From Candidatus Nezhaarchaeota archaeon (GTDB lineage: Archaea; Thermoproteota; Methanomethylicia; Nezhaarchaeales; WYZ-LMO8): DNA of 64,000 nucleotides. This document shows, piece after piece, positions 1 through 9,312 of the stretch (position 1 is the first letter of the stretch; each line of letters starts with the position of its first letter). Both the position numbers and the translations under genes were made by a program. Where the stretch lies: assembly GCA_030055465.1 (NCBI GenBank), contig JASFYF010000001.1, positions 764,526 to 828,525 of the forward strand, read 5' to 3'. The notes under the pieces are model-generated. The model saw only the letters and a list, made by a program, of their open reading frames with translations. It was not told the origin of the DNA and ran no database searches.

Positions 1-6
1 AGCAAC

Positions 7-522
7 GTGGAGGCCTTCCTGGAGCTGCTTGGAGCCTCGGGGAGGGCGGTTTACGTTCCGTCGAGGGTGGGAGTCGTCGCTTACGTCCCCTTGAACGGAT
101 CCAGCGCGCCGTTGAGCTACGTCGCCGAGAACCCCGACAAGCCAGTTGTGAGGGTTGGTGGATCACTCGGCGTGGTTGTGGTGCCCCCCAGGCCTAGGCT
201 GGTGAGCCATAATCCTGGGCCCCCCGAAGGAGACTTGGAGTCCGCCCTCAGGCAGGTGATGGTGGAGGAGTCCGGGGTTGCCGAGTCCGTTAGAGCCGTT
301 GTTTCGGGAGACGCAGTGGTGGTGGAGGTGCGCAGGCCCAGGATTGAGGTTGGGCATCCGAGGTTCAGGCTTGTCATGGGCTCCCTGGCGTCGTGCATAG
401 CCGCTCAAGCCGTTGCCGCGGCGACCTCGAGGCCGGTCACGATAGTCGACGAGTCAAGGGAAGGAGATAGGCTCGTCACTCGCTTGAGGCTTCTGGATTG
501 GACAGGAGCAGCCTCTACCTGA
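7..522 (+). CDS. Conserved archaeal hypothetical protein, probably 5'-truncated by the window edge
   Basis: Open frame from the window start with host-like codon use; overlaps the next gene; C-terminal GSLASCIAA motif resembles proteins found upstream of archaeal MoxR/DUF1616 clusters. Confidence 0.65.
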   Translation: MEAFLELLGASGRAVYVPSRVGVVAYVPLNGSSAPLSYVAENPDKPVVRVGGSLGVVVVPPRPRLVSHNPGPPEGDLESALRQVMVEESGVAESVRAVVSGDAVVVEVRRPRIEVGHPRFRLVMGSLASCIAAQAVAAATSRPVTIVDESREGDRLVTRLRLLDWTGAAST

Positions 523-743
523 TATCGCTGGCATCGGCGGTTTCCTTGGCCACCTCCTTCCTAGCAGCCTTGGGGGAGGCTAGGCTTGACGTCTACGTTA
601 GCGTGTTCACCTTGATATACCTCGCGTTTAAGGCCCTGTTTAGGCCGGCCACCAGGACCGTGGACTTCCTTGAGGCGGCCCTTGTGGCGTCGTTCTCCAT
701 AATAGTCGCCTTAAGGATCATGGAGGTCCTCGCGGGGCGTTGA
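498..743 (+). CDS. Small membrane protein (about 3 TM)
   Basis: 81 aa, hydrophobic, LGEARLDVYVSVFTLIY motif; overlaps both neighbours. Confidence 0.7.
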   Translation: MDRSSLYLISLASAVSLATSFLAALGEARLDVYVSVFTLIYLAFKALFRPATRTVDFLEAALVASFSIIVALRIMEVLAGR

Positions 744-2629
744 GCTCCAGCCTTAAGGGTAGGGGCTTCATGGTTGCGGCGGCCTTGGCCGTTGCCGTCG
801 GCCTAGCCGTTGGGCTAATCGTTTGGCCGCCTCCAGCTCCAAGGCCGATCCCAAGGCACGTGGACCCATCGGCCGAAGCCGACGTGCTCCCGCTTCCCAG
901 GTTCATGCTTCTCCTAGTGTTAAAGCCCCTCGACGACTTGGTTAGCTACAATTTCTCGGGGGTGAGCGGGGAACTCGAAGCGCTGGGGAACTCCTACGCC
1001 CCAGCCGGCTTAAGGTTCCTCGTTGATAGGTTCTGCACCCTGATGAGCCGGGTGGCCGAGGACTTAAACGAGACGGACTTGCTGCTCGACAGGGCCGAGC
1101 TCGCCGCTGCCTTGGGGCTGTGGGGAGACGTGGAGGCCGCGCTGGGCAAGGCCAAGGTTAGGCTTGCGCAGGCCAACGTGACCTGCGCTGAGCTTAGGCT
1201 CGCATCCAAGGAGCTCGCCGAGGCGTTCTCCCTTCCGAGGCTTGAGGTGTACGCGAGGCTTGAGGCGCTCGAATCGATGATCCGCGAGATGCACCGCAGG
1301 CTCTTGGGGCTCTTGGAGGTCGTTGAGAGGAGGCCCCAGCTGAAGGCGACCTCGATTACCATTAGCGTTGAGCCCTCAACCACCTGGACGGGGGGCGCGG
1401 TCAGCGTGGCTGGGAGACTCACCTCGATGGGTGAGCCGCTGGCCGGCAGGGGCATCTCGCTCCTGGTGGATGGGGTCAGGGCCCTAAGCGTACCAACCGC
1501 CTCCGACGGTTCCTTCACGGCTCGGCTTAGCCTGCCATACCTCTACAAGGAGCTTGTGGCTGTCCAGGCAGTATACACCCCCGCCGAGAGCGACGCATAC
1601 CTCTACGCGCCCTCTTCAGCTGAGGCCTACGTACACCTGCTGTTCTACACCTCCACTGTGATAGTTGAGCCCGTGGGGACGGTTATGCCCGGGAAGGCCT
1701 TCACCGTTAGGGGATGCGTGGAGGGCGCCGCCGCCCACCCCTCCTACACCGTCTCGATTTCGTGGGCTGGTGGAACATTGAGCACTCCGCTGAGGGAGGG
1801 CGTGTTCGAGGCCGTTTTGACTGTGCCCGACAGCATTGCCTCGGGGAGCTACGCGTTGAAGGTTTCCGTTCCGGCCTCCGACGTGTTCGCGCCGGCTAGG
1901 GGGGAAACCGCGGTTACCGTGGAGAGGCTTCCAGTACGCTTGGAGGTGAACGCGCCGCCGGTTGCGCTGGCCGGCTTTGAGGCCGTCGTGTCGGGCTTCT
2001 TCAGCTCCGACGGGTTGAGGGAGGCGGCCGTCAGGGTCAGCTTGGCCGGCCAGACGCGGCTTGCCAACTCAAGCGGGGGCTTCGCGGTTGGCGTTGGGGT
2101 TCCCCTCACAGCCTTAACCGGTCTCCATGCCTGCAGGGTTTCGGTTTCCCCCCGCGACCCGTGGTTTGAGGGGGCCTCCTGGGAGGGGGAGGTCCTGGTT
2201 GTCAACCCCATCACGATGGCGGCTCCGGTGGGCTTGGCGGCCGCCGCAGCCTTGAAGCTTGCGGAGAGGAGGCCTAAGGTCGGTGGGAGGCCTTCGGAGC
2301 GTGGTCCCCCATCGGGGGGTGGATCTGAGGCCGCCGTCCCCCTGAGGGAGGCGGATTCAGGGGCCTTGAGGCTTATCTTAAACATGTACTGGGAGGCCGT
2401 CGGAGTAGTTGAGGGGGCGCTCGGCGTGAGGATGGCGCCCCCAACGACGATAGGGGAGTTCCTGGCTTCGGCCTCTCCAATGCTTGGGCCGCTCCGCGGG
2501 GCCTTCGAGGTTTTGTCTGAGGCAGCCGAGCGCGCCTTGTACTCTCCGAGCCTGCCGGTTGAGATGCTTCCGTCGGCTAGAAGGGCGCTTGAGGAGCTTA
2601 GGGGGCTTCGCGGTGCACGTGCCTCTTAG
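740..2629 (+). CDS. Membrane-anchored protein with helical region, Ig-like beta repeats and C-terminal DUF4129-like domain
   Basis: N-terminal TM; Ig-like segments (ATSITISVEP...VSVAGRL...TASDGSF); C-terminal PPTTIGEF...ERALYS resembles DUF4129. Confidence 0.7.
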   Translation: MSSSLKGRGFMVAAALAVAVGLAVGLIVWPPPAPRPIPRHVDPSAEADVLPLPRFMLLLVLKPLDDLVSYNFSGVSGELEALGNSYAPAGLRFLVDRFCTLMSRVAEDLNETDLLLDRAELAAALGLWGDVEAALGKAKVRLAQANVTCAELRLASKELAEAFSLPRLEVYARLEALESMIREMHRRLLGLLEVVERRPQLKATSITISVEPSTTWTGGAVSVAGRLTSMGEPLAGRGISLLVDGVRALSVPTASDGSFTARLSLPYLYKELVAVQAVYTPAESDAYLYAPSSAEAYVHLLFYTSTVIVEPVGTVMPGKAFTVRGCVEGAAAHPSYTVSISWAGGTLSTPLREGVFEAVLTVPDSIASGSYALKVSVPASDVFAPARGETAVTVERLPVRLEVNAPPVALAGFEAVVSGFFSSDGLREAAVRVSLAGQTRLANSSGGFAVGVGVPLTALTGLHACRVSVSPRDPWFEGASWEGEVLVVNPITMAAPVGLAAAAALKLAERRPKVGGRPSERGPPSGGGSEAAVPLREADSGALRLILNMYWEAVGVVEGALGVRMAPPTTIGEFLASASPMLGPLRGAFEVLSEAAERALYSPSLPVEMLPSARRALEELRGLRGARAS

Positions 2630-3593
2630 GGCACTCATCTGCGGGGCGGCGGTAGCGCTGGTTGTTTTGGCGTGCGCCTCAGCCGTGGTGCCGCCGTCGG
2701 AGGACTTCAACCCCTCAAACCCGTACTGGAACGGGTTGGAGCGGTTCTGCAGGGCCTTCAACGCTTCGGCTATCAGCTCGCCTGAGGCTCTGGACCCTGG
2801 CTCAACGGTGCTCTTCGTTGTTGGTCCATCGTTTGACGCGTCGGCGAGGGCGGAGGCCTGGAAGCTCTTCGTGGAGGGCGGAGGGATCCTCGTCCTCATG
2901 GATGAGGTGGGCCTCGTAAACGGCTTCCTGGAGTCGCTGGGCTTGGAGGTTAGGGTGAACGGGTCGCCCATGCTTGACGCCGCCTTCTACTATAGGAGCT
3001 GGAGGCTTCCAAGGGCATCCTCGCTTGGCCTGAGCGACGTCACGGAGGGCGTTGAGTCGGTGGTGATAGATGTGCCGTCGGTGCTGGAGCTCCGCGGGAA
3101 CGCTGAGGGATTAAGAGTGCTGGCTTGGTCCTCAAGCTTCAGCTTCCTCGACGTGAATCGAGATGGGGAGCCCTCGCAGGGGGAGCCCTCAGGACCATTC
3201 CCTCTCGCGGTTGAGGCTTCATACGGCAGGGGCCGCATCCTCCTGTTCTCGGATTCAAGCATCCCGGTGAACGGGGTCGTGGAGCTTGGGGACAACTTAA
3301 AGCTGCTTGAAAGCGTTGCCTCCGGTAGAAGGGTAGCTGTGGATGTTGGCGTGTGGAGTAGGCCGACCTCGTCGATTTTCAGGGAGCTGGTGCTCTCAGC
3401 GCGGAGCGCTGCATCAAGCCCGGACGTTAAGTACTCCTTAGCCGCCGTGGCTTTGGCCGCATCGCTCTACGTTGGGTTGAAGGCTGGAGGCCCCGCCGTT
3501 GGGGCGGAGCCGCTGGAAGAGCTTATGAGGAGGCACCCTGACTGGGACAGGAGGATCCTCGAGGAGCTTTGGAGGGAGATGGAGAGGTGCTGA
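2613..3593 (+). CDS. DUF4350 domain-containing protein
   Basis: Signal/TM then DFNPSNPYWNG, FVEGGGILVLMDE and YGRGRILLFSDSS motifs; GTG start at 2613 preferred over ORF-track start 2484. Confidence 0.75.
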   Translation: MHVPLRALICGAAVALVVLACASAVVPPSEDFNPSNPYWNGLERFCRAFNASAISSPEALDPGSTVLFVVGPSFDASARAEAWKLFVEGGGILVLMDEVGLVNGFLESLGLEVRVNGSPMLDAAFYYRSWRLPRASSLGLSDVTEGVESVVIDVPSVLELRGNAEGLRVLAWSSSFSFLDVNRDGEPSQGEPSGPFPLAVEASYGRGRILLFSDSSIPVNGVVELGDNLKLLESVASGRRVAVDVGVWSRPTSSIFRELVLSARSAASSPDVKYSLAAVALAASLYVGLKAGGPAVGAEPLEELMRRHPDWDRRILEELWREMERC

Positions 3594-4513
3594 GCGGCGC
3601 CTTGGGGCTCGTGCTCTCCGAGGTGGAGAGGTTCATCGTTGGGAATAGGGATGTGCTCGAGATGATGCTCGTCGCGCTGCTGTCGGAGGGCCACATATTG
3701 CTTGAGGGCCCTCCGGGCACCGCGAAGACGCTCATGGCTAAGACGTTTGCCCGGGCCTTGGGCGTTGGGTTCTCGAGGATTCAGATGACCCCTGACACCC
3801 TTCCCGCGGACATCCTCGGGTTTACCGTTTACAGCTTTAAGGACTCGGACTTCCACGTTAGGAGGGGGCCAATATTCTCGAACGTGGTCCTCGTGGATGA
3901 GCTTAACAGGGCTCCCCCTAAGACTCAGGCGGCCTTCCTTGAGGTTATGCAGGAGGGCCAGGTGACCATTGAGGGAAGGGCGTACAGCGTTGAGAGGCCC
4001 TTCCTAGTGATAGCCACCCAGATGCCCTATGGAGCCGCTGGCACCTATCCCCTAACCGACGTGCAGAGGGATAGGTTCGCCTTCAACGTGAAGGTCGCGC
4101 ACGCCTCCAAGGATGAGGAGGCCGAGATCCTCGAGAGGGTGGACGAGATAGATGCCTCTGAGGTTAGGAGGGTTGCCGGGAGGGAGGAGATCCTTAAGGC
4201 TGTGGACGCCGCCAGGCGGGTTCACGTCTCCGAGGCGGTGAGGCGCTACATAGTTGACCTCGTATTTGCGTTGAGGGGTAACCCCGCGGTCGCCGACGGG
4301 CCGAGCGCTAGGGGGAGCATATGGCTTATGAAGGCCGCTAGGGCCCGCGCCCTCCTCCACGGGAGGGAGTACGTGCTGCCTGACGACGTTAAGGCCGTCG
4401 CCGTGCACGTGCTGAGGCACAGGGTGACGTTGAGGAGGGAGCTGCTGGAGGAGGCTGATGTGGAGAAGCTGATAGCCGACGCCTTGAAGTCCACTCCGGT
4501 GCCCAAGCGGTGA
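3569..4513 (+). CDS. moxR: MoxR family AAA+ ATPase
   Basis: GHILLEGPPGTAKT, RIQMTPDTLPADI, LVDELNRAPPKTQAAFLEVMQE, GTYPL, YVLPDDVK. Confidence 0.95.
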   Translation: MEGDGEVLSGALGLVLSEVERFIVGNRDVLEMMLVALLSEGHILLEGPPGTAKTLMAKTFARALGVGFSRIQMTPDTLPADILGFTVYSFKDSDFHVRRGPIFSNVVLVDELNRAPPKTQAAFLEVMQEGQVTIEGRAYSVERPFLVIATQMPYGAAGTYPLTDVQRDRFAFNVKVAHASKDEEAEILERVDEIDASEVRRVAGREEILKAVDAARRVHVSEAVRRYIVDLVFALRGNPAVADGPSARGSIWLMKAARARALLHGREYVLPDDVKAVAVHVLRHRVTLRRELLEEADVEKLIADALKSTPVPKR

Positions 4514-5763
4514 GGAGGCTGAAGGTTGAAGCCCGCGGAAGAGCACTTATTGCCTCGGCCGTTGTTCTGCTGGCCTTCGGAGGACTCTTCGGAGACGCGC
4601 TGATGCTCTGCGCCTCCCTTATCCCCTCCGCGCTGGCTGCGGCCTCGCTTGCATCGGCGGCCCGCCTGTCCAGGTGGATCCCCCTAAACGTGAGGGTTGA
4701 GCCCTCCTCGGTGTCCCTGAGGCTCGTCGCCGGCGGAAAGAAATCCGTGAAGGTTACTGTAGCCTCTCCAGGGTGGATGGCCTTCAGGTTTAGGCACCCT
4801 CTCAGGTTCTTCTCGGTTCACCCTGAGCGGTGCGCTGGCGGCGGGCTTCTGCTGGAGGCCTCCCCGGAGGTTTCCGGGCGCTACTCGTCTGGTCACCTGG
4901 AGGTTGAGGCTGAGGCCCTCCTAGGGGCCTTCTCGGTTCGGGCTGCGGTGCCGTTCAGGTGCGACGTAACGGTGATTCCGAGGGTTGTTCCGGCGGCCTT
5001 GGAGGCCCTTAGGCTCGCGCTTTCGACTTCGCCTGGAGGGGCTCTCGGCGAGGCCTCACTGCCCCAGAGGATTGGCAGGGGCTTGGAGTACGCTGAGACC
5101 GATGAGTACCTTCCTGGGGACGACGTTAGGAGGATAGACTGGAAGGCCACGGCTAGGCTGGGGAGGCTTATGGTTAAGAGGTTCCACGAGGAGCTGGGTG
5201 GAGACGTGAACCTCATATTCGATTTGAAGTCTTCAAGCCCAGCTTCAAGGGACCTGTCCGCGACGGTTTTCCTCAGCTTGGCGACGGCGCTCTCGGCATC
5301 AGAGGTGCCGTACAGGATAACACTCCTGCACCCCGACGGGAGGGCTGAGGCCTTCAAGTTCAGGGATTGGAAGAGCGCCCTGCTAACCGCCGTGAACCAC
5401 GCTTTAAGCGCCGTGGAGGTCGGCTACTCCTACCTCTACGAGGTGTTGGCTCCATCCTCGAGCAGGGAGGCCCTCGCGCTTTTGAGGATGCTGGATGGAG
5501 CCTACGGCGAGCCTGCAGCATCTCATTGGGGGAGTGAAGGGTGGTCGGACGCTGTCGCGGTTTCGTGTCTTGTGGGCGACTTGACGTGGCTTGTCGACGT
5601 GCACGAGGAGGCTGAGGGCCGCGGCGGCAGGCTGCTGGTGTACGCCTGCTCCAAGGCGTGGCTTGGCTGTGGAAGGCTGGAGGAGGCCTACGCGGCTCGG
5701 GAGCGCTTCTTCAGGCTTGTCTCGGCGCTGAGGAGAAGGGGAATTGAGGTTGAGGTGAGGTAG
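4510..5763 (+). CDS. DUF58 (vWA-like) protein
   Basis: GRGLEYAETDEYLPGDDVRRIDWKATAR...LMVKRF; DxSxS-like DLKSSS; GTGA overlap with moxR. Confidence 0.9.
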   Translation: MRRLKVEARGRALIASAVVLLAFGGLFGDALMLCASLIPSALAAASLASAARLSRWIPLNVRVEPSSVSLRLVAGGKKSVKVTVASPGWMAFRFRHPLRFFSVHPERCAGGGLLLEASPEVSGRYSSGHLEVEAEALLGAFSVRAAVPFRCDVTVIPRVVPAALEALRLALSTSPGGALGEASLPQRIGRGLEYAETDEYLPGDDVRRIDWKATARLGRLMVKRFHEELGGDVNLIFDLKSSSPASRDLSATVFLSLATALSASEVPYRITLLHPDGRAEAFKFRDWKSALLTAVNHALSAVEVGYSYLYEVLAPSSSREALALLRMLDGAYGEPAASHWGSEGWSDAVAVSCLVGDLTWLVDVHEEAEGRGGRLLVYACSKAWLGCGRLEEAYAARERFFRLVSALRRRGIEVEVR

Positions 5764-5770
5764 GCCCCGG

Positions 5771-7270
5771 ATGCCCGAGCCAGCGCTCCACTTCTCGGTT
5801 GTCTTCGCGGTTTCAGCCCCCCAATTCGGGGTTAGGAGGGCCCTGCCGCTGTCCGCCTTAGCCCTGCTCCCGGACGTCGACGTTCTGTTCGGGGTCCACA
5901 GGTCCATGAGCCACTCGGCCGTCCTTGTTGCCCTGGCCTTCCTGCCGGCGCTCTTGGCCGCCGCGCTTGCAGGGCGCAGGCGCCTGGGCCTAGCTGCAGC
6001 ATGCTTCGCTGCTGTTCTAAGCCACCTAGCCTTGGACTGCTTTCAGTCGTATACCCCCCTGCTCTACCCGCTCTGCGGTGAGAGCTTCTGGGTTGACGTT
6101 GCTGGGGCAGTCTCGATCTCCGGGGGAGGCCTTGTCCCCCAGCTGTCGGCGGCGTTGAGGAGCATCCCAACAGAGTTCGCGGCCTTCGAATTCATGGATG
6201 CCCCCCTCTTCACCAGGGAGGGTTTCCTCGCCTCGGCCATGCTGGTCGCCGTTCCCCTCGCCTCGGCCCTCCGGCGGGTGAGGGTTGGTGGGGTAGCCGC
6301 TGGAGGTGGCTTTCCGGTTGGGCTCATGGTGATGGATGGCGGCCTCCGCCTCGAGGCCGTTGACCCCGGGGTCCGCGCCTCCAAGGACCTTGTGACGGTC
6401 GTGATACCCACCTTCAACGAGGAGGAGGGGATAGGCTCAGTGATAGATGAGCTTAGGGCTGAGGGCTACAGGAACATACTTGTGGTTGACGGCTACTCCA
6501 CCGATAGGACTGTGGAGGTTGCAAGGTCCAAGGGCGTCGAGGTCGTCTACCAGAGCGGGTTTGGTAAGGCTGGCGCCGTGGCCACAGCCATAGGGCTCGT
6601 GTCAACCCCCTACGTGGTGTTCATGGATGGGGATGGAACCTACGACCCTAAGGACATAGAGGCCCTGCTTAGGCATGCGGGCGGCTACGACGAGGTCATA
6701 GGCTTGAGGTCCCAGAGGGAGAACATCCCGCTCCTGCACAGGTTTGGGAACAGGGTGATAAGCTCGGTGTTCAGCTTGATGTTGGGGAGGAGGGTTAGGG
6801 ACCCGTGCAGCGGCATGTACCTTTTGAGGAGCGACTTCGCGAGGAGGCTTGAGATATCATCGTCTGGGTTCGACGTGGAGGTTGAGATTGCAGCTCAGGC
6901 AGCCTCTTTTGGGAGGATATTCGAGGTTCCGGTTAGGTATAGGAGGAGGCTTGGGAGGGGGAAGCTGAGGGCTTGCAGGGACGGGTTTAGGATACTCGCG
7001 TCGACCGTCAAGATGATGTGGCTCTACAACCCGGTGTTCCTGGCGTCCCTTATCGTGGCCTTACTAGCGTTTCCGGGGGCAGCGATACTCCTGGAGCAGC
7101 TGGTAACGAGGTACCTCTACGGTTCCTGGTCTCTGGGGTGGTCCTGGGTTGGGCTGGTGATGTTTGTGGCAGGCCTCCAGGGGTTGGCTGTGGTTGCGAT
7201 ATCGGTGATGTTGAGGGGTATGGAGAGGAGGCTGATATCGATGCTGGAGGAGGCGAGGAGGGAGCGGTGA
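5771..7270 (+). CDS. Fusion of YdjM-like membrane metal-dependent hydrolase and GT2 (Dol-P-sugar synthase-like) glycosyltransferase
   Basis: N-half LLPDVD...HRSMSHS...SHLALD; C-half VVIPTFNEE, VVDGYSTDRT, MDGDGTY, DPCSG, FDVEVE and two C-terminal TMs. Confidence 0.85.
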   Translation: MPEPALHFSVVFAVSAPQFGVRRALPLSALALLPDVDVLFGVHRSMSHSAVLVALAFLPALLAAALAGRRRLGLAAACFAAVLSHLALDCFQSYTPLLYPLCGESFWVDVAGAVSISGGGLVPQLSAALRSIPTEFAAFEFMDAPLFTREGFLASAMLVAVPLASALRRVRVGGVAAGGGFPVGLMVMDGGLRLEAVDPGVRASKDLVTVVIPTFNEEEGIGSVIDELRAEGYRNILVVDGYSTDRTVEVARSKGVEVVYQSGFGKAGAVATAIGLVSTPYVVFMDGDGTYDPKDIEALLRHAGGYDEVIGLRSQRENIPLLHRFGNRVISSVFSLMLGRRVRDPCSGMYLLRSDFARRLEISSSGFDVEVEIAAQAASFGRIFEVPVRYRRRLGRGKLRACRDGFRILASTVKMMWLYNPVFLASLIVALLAFPGAAILLEQLVTRYLYGSWSLGWSWVGLVMFVAGLQGLAVVAISVMLRGMERRLISMLEEARRER

Positions 7271-7299
7271 AGGGCTCTAAGCTGGTTGGTGAGGCCTAG

Positions 7300-9258
7300 G
7301 TGCCCCGCCTAGAGCGGCTGCTCAGGCTGAGGCTTCTCCTGCCGTTGCTGGCCGTGGTTGCGCTGAGCTTCTCGGTGAGGCTACTGCTGGAGGGCGAGTA
7401 CAGAAGCTGGGTGGTCTACGACTACTCTGTGTGGCTCGCGGTGCTGCTGGTATGCTTGGGGGTTTACCTAGACGTGAAGCTTCTGGGCGGGAGGTTCGGC
7501 TACGCCTCAACGCTCCTCGTTGGCGTGTGCGGGGCCGCCGTAACCGTTGCGGGTAGGATTGCCTCCCTAATCTTAAACCAATCCGTGTACGCCCCCTACA
7601 AGCTTGTGCCGCTCTTCGGCTCCTCGTACTCCTACGATAGCTTTGTCGCCTCCTTGGTGTGCCTTATCTCGGGCTCCCTGTTGGCCAGCGTGGCGCTCGC
7701 GGTGCACTCCCTGTTGGGGAGGCCCCTAGTGTTCTTCGACTCTGCACCTCTAAGCTGCGCTGCGAGGTCTGCTTGGAGTGCTCTGGTGAGGCTGAACAGG
7801 AGGTTCTGGGCTCACAGGTGGCTCTACCTGCTTGCGGCTTTCCTATTCGGGTTTGCCTATAGGTTTGGGCCTGAGATTGTCTGGTGGCCTTGGCTTATAG
7901 GCTGGGATACCGTTGAGTACGCCGCCCACCTCATGGACTTCCTGGAGGGGCTTAACCCGCTTGCGAGCTACCACTGGATGGGCTCTATGAGGAACTGCCC
8001 TCCCCTCCTGAACGTGCTTCTATGCCTCCCGGCATTGGCCGTCGGCGCCTGGAATGCCTTCAAGGTTTACCCGTCAGTTGCGTACGGCCTGCTCGCGATG
8101 TCGTCTGCGCTCGCCGCCAGGAGGGTCTTCGGGCTCGGCGGCTTCAGGTGCTTCCTCGCCTCGGCGGTTACGGCGCTATTCGTCTTGAACCTCAGGATCT
8201 CCTGGGACTACCAGAGGCAGCTTCTCGGCTCCGTCTTCATGCTTCTCTCGATAGCGGCCTTGGACTCGGAGGGTAAGCCCAGCTTGAGAAGATCGGTTGT
8301 CTCCGGCGTGCTCCTCGCCTGCTGCGCGCTGAGCCACGAGGTTACCGCGCTGTTCTCAGCTGCGCTATCGCTGCTCCTCGCTTACAGGTCCATTAGGCTT
8401 AGGGATTTCGGGGGGTTTGCGGCTGGCTTGGCCGCGCTGGCCGTCTCCGTTGGCTTGGAGGCCTGGTATTGGAGGAGGCCTTACACGCCGAACGCGTACT
8501 TTGGGGTTGCGCCTGTAGGCGTGGTCTCCTACTCCTCATCGACTATGTCTGAGGTTTTGGGCTACTTCGCCGCCGGCTTCGGCCTGATCCTCCCCTTCGC
8601 CGTCCTAGCCCTCCTCGACGGGTCCCGCGGCGCGGCGTACTCCAAGATCGGCCTGCTCTCGCTGGCGGCTGCGGGCCTGTCACCCCTCTTCGCGCCTTAC
8701 ACCTCAGCGGCCACATGGTACAGGTTTCTCGTTGGGGCTGCCCCGCTCGCCTCTATGCTTGCCGGCGCCTGGATTATGAAGTCCGTTAGGGATAGGAGGT
8801 TCCACCTGCTATTCCTGCTCCTGCTCCTCGTCTTGGCGGTGCCCTACGCCTACGGCGTTGAGGACACATCCCGTTTCGTCTCTGCGCTCAGGGAGTTCCC
8901 CGGCGGCCTAGTTCCCTCACCCGTGAACCCCGCGGGCCTATTCGAGCTTAAGTCGTTGTCCGAGTGGTTTGAGGGGCGCGGGGCTGAGGCGGCTATCATT
9001 GCTGAGCCCGGGGTTGCCAGGTGGATTCACCTTGCGGTTAGGAACCCGACGCCCGGCGAGCTCGTGTGGGCAAGCTCCATCTCGAGCTCCTCCGTCAAGT
9101 CCATCATGGATGGGCTTGGGCTCGACAGGGCCTACGTGGCGTGCGCCTCCAGCCTCAAGGAGCTGGAGGGCTTCGAGGCGCGTAAGCTCAGGGAGGGAAC
9201 CATCGACGTCTACCTCGTTGAGAGGCGCATAAGCCCTAGGGGGTTTGAGGCCTCATGA
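7300..9258 (+). CDS. Polytopic membrane protein, GT-C-like
   Basis: Many TM segments; loop motif IGWDTVEY, PPLL and RISWDYQRQ; soluble C-terminal tail. Confidence 0.65.
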   Translation: MPRLERLLRLRLLLPLLAVVALSFSVRLLLEGEYRSWVVYDYSVWLAVLLVCLGVYLDVKLLGGRFGYASTLLVGVCGAAVTVAGRIASLILNQSVYAPYKLVPLFGSSYSYDSFVASLVCLISGSLLASVALAVHSLLGRPLVFFDSAPLSCAARSAWSALVRLNRRFWAHRWLYLLAAFLFGFAYRFGPEIVWWPWLIGWDTVEYAAHLMDFLEGLNPLASYHWMGSMRNCPPLLNVLLCLPALAVGAWNAFKVYPSVAYGLLAMSSALAARRVFGLGGFRCFLASAVTALFVLNLRISWDYQRQLLGSVFMLLSIAALDSEGKPSLRRSVVSGVLLACCALSHEVTALFSAALSLLLAYRSIRLRDFGGFAAGLAALAVSVGLEAWYWRRPYTPNAYFGVAPVGVVSYSSSTMSEVLGYFAAGFGLILPFAVLALLDGSRGAAYSKIGLLSLAAAGLSPLFAPYTSAATWYRFLVGAAPLASMLAGAWIMKSVRDRRFHLLFLLLLLVLAVPYAYGVEDTSRFVSALREFPGGLVPSPVNPAGLFELKSLSEWFEGRGAEAAIIAEPGVARWIHLAVRNPTPGELVWASSISSSSVKSIMDGLGLDRAYVACASSLKELEGFEARKLREGTIDVYLVERRISPRGFEAS

Positions 9259-9312
9259 TGGCCTCTCGGCAGGGTGGTTTAAGGGGCCCCGCGCGCCACG
9301 CCTAGCTGGGGG

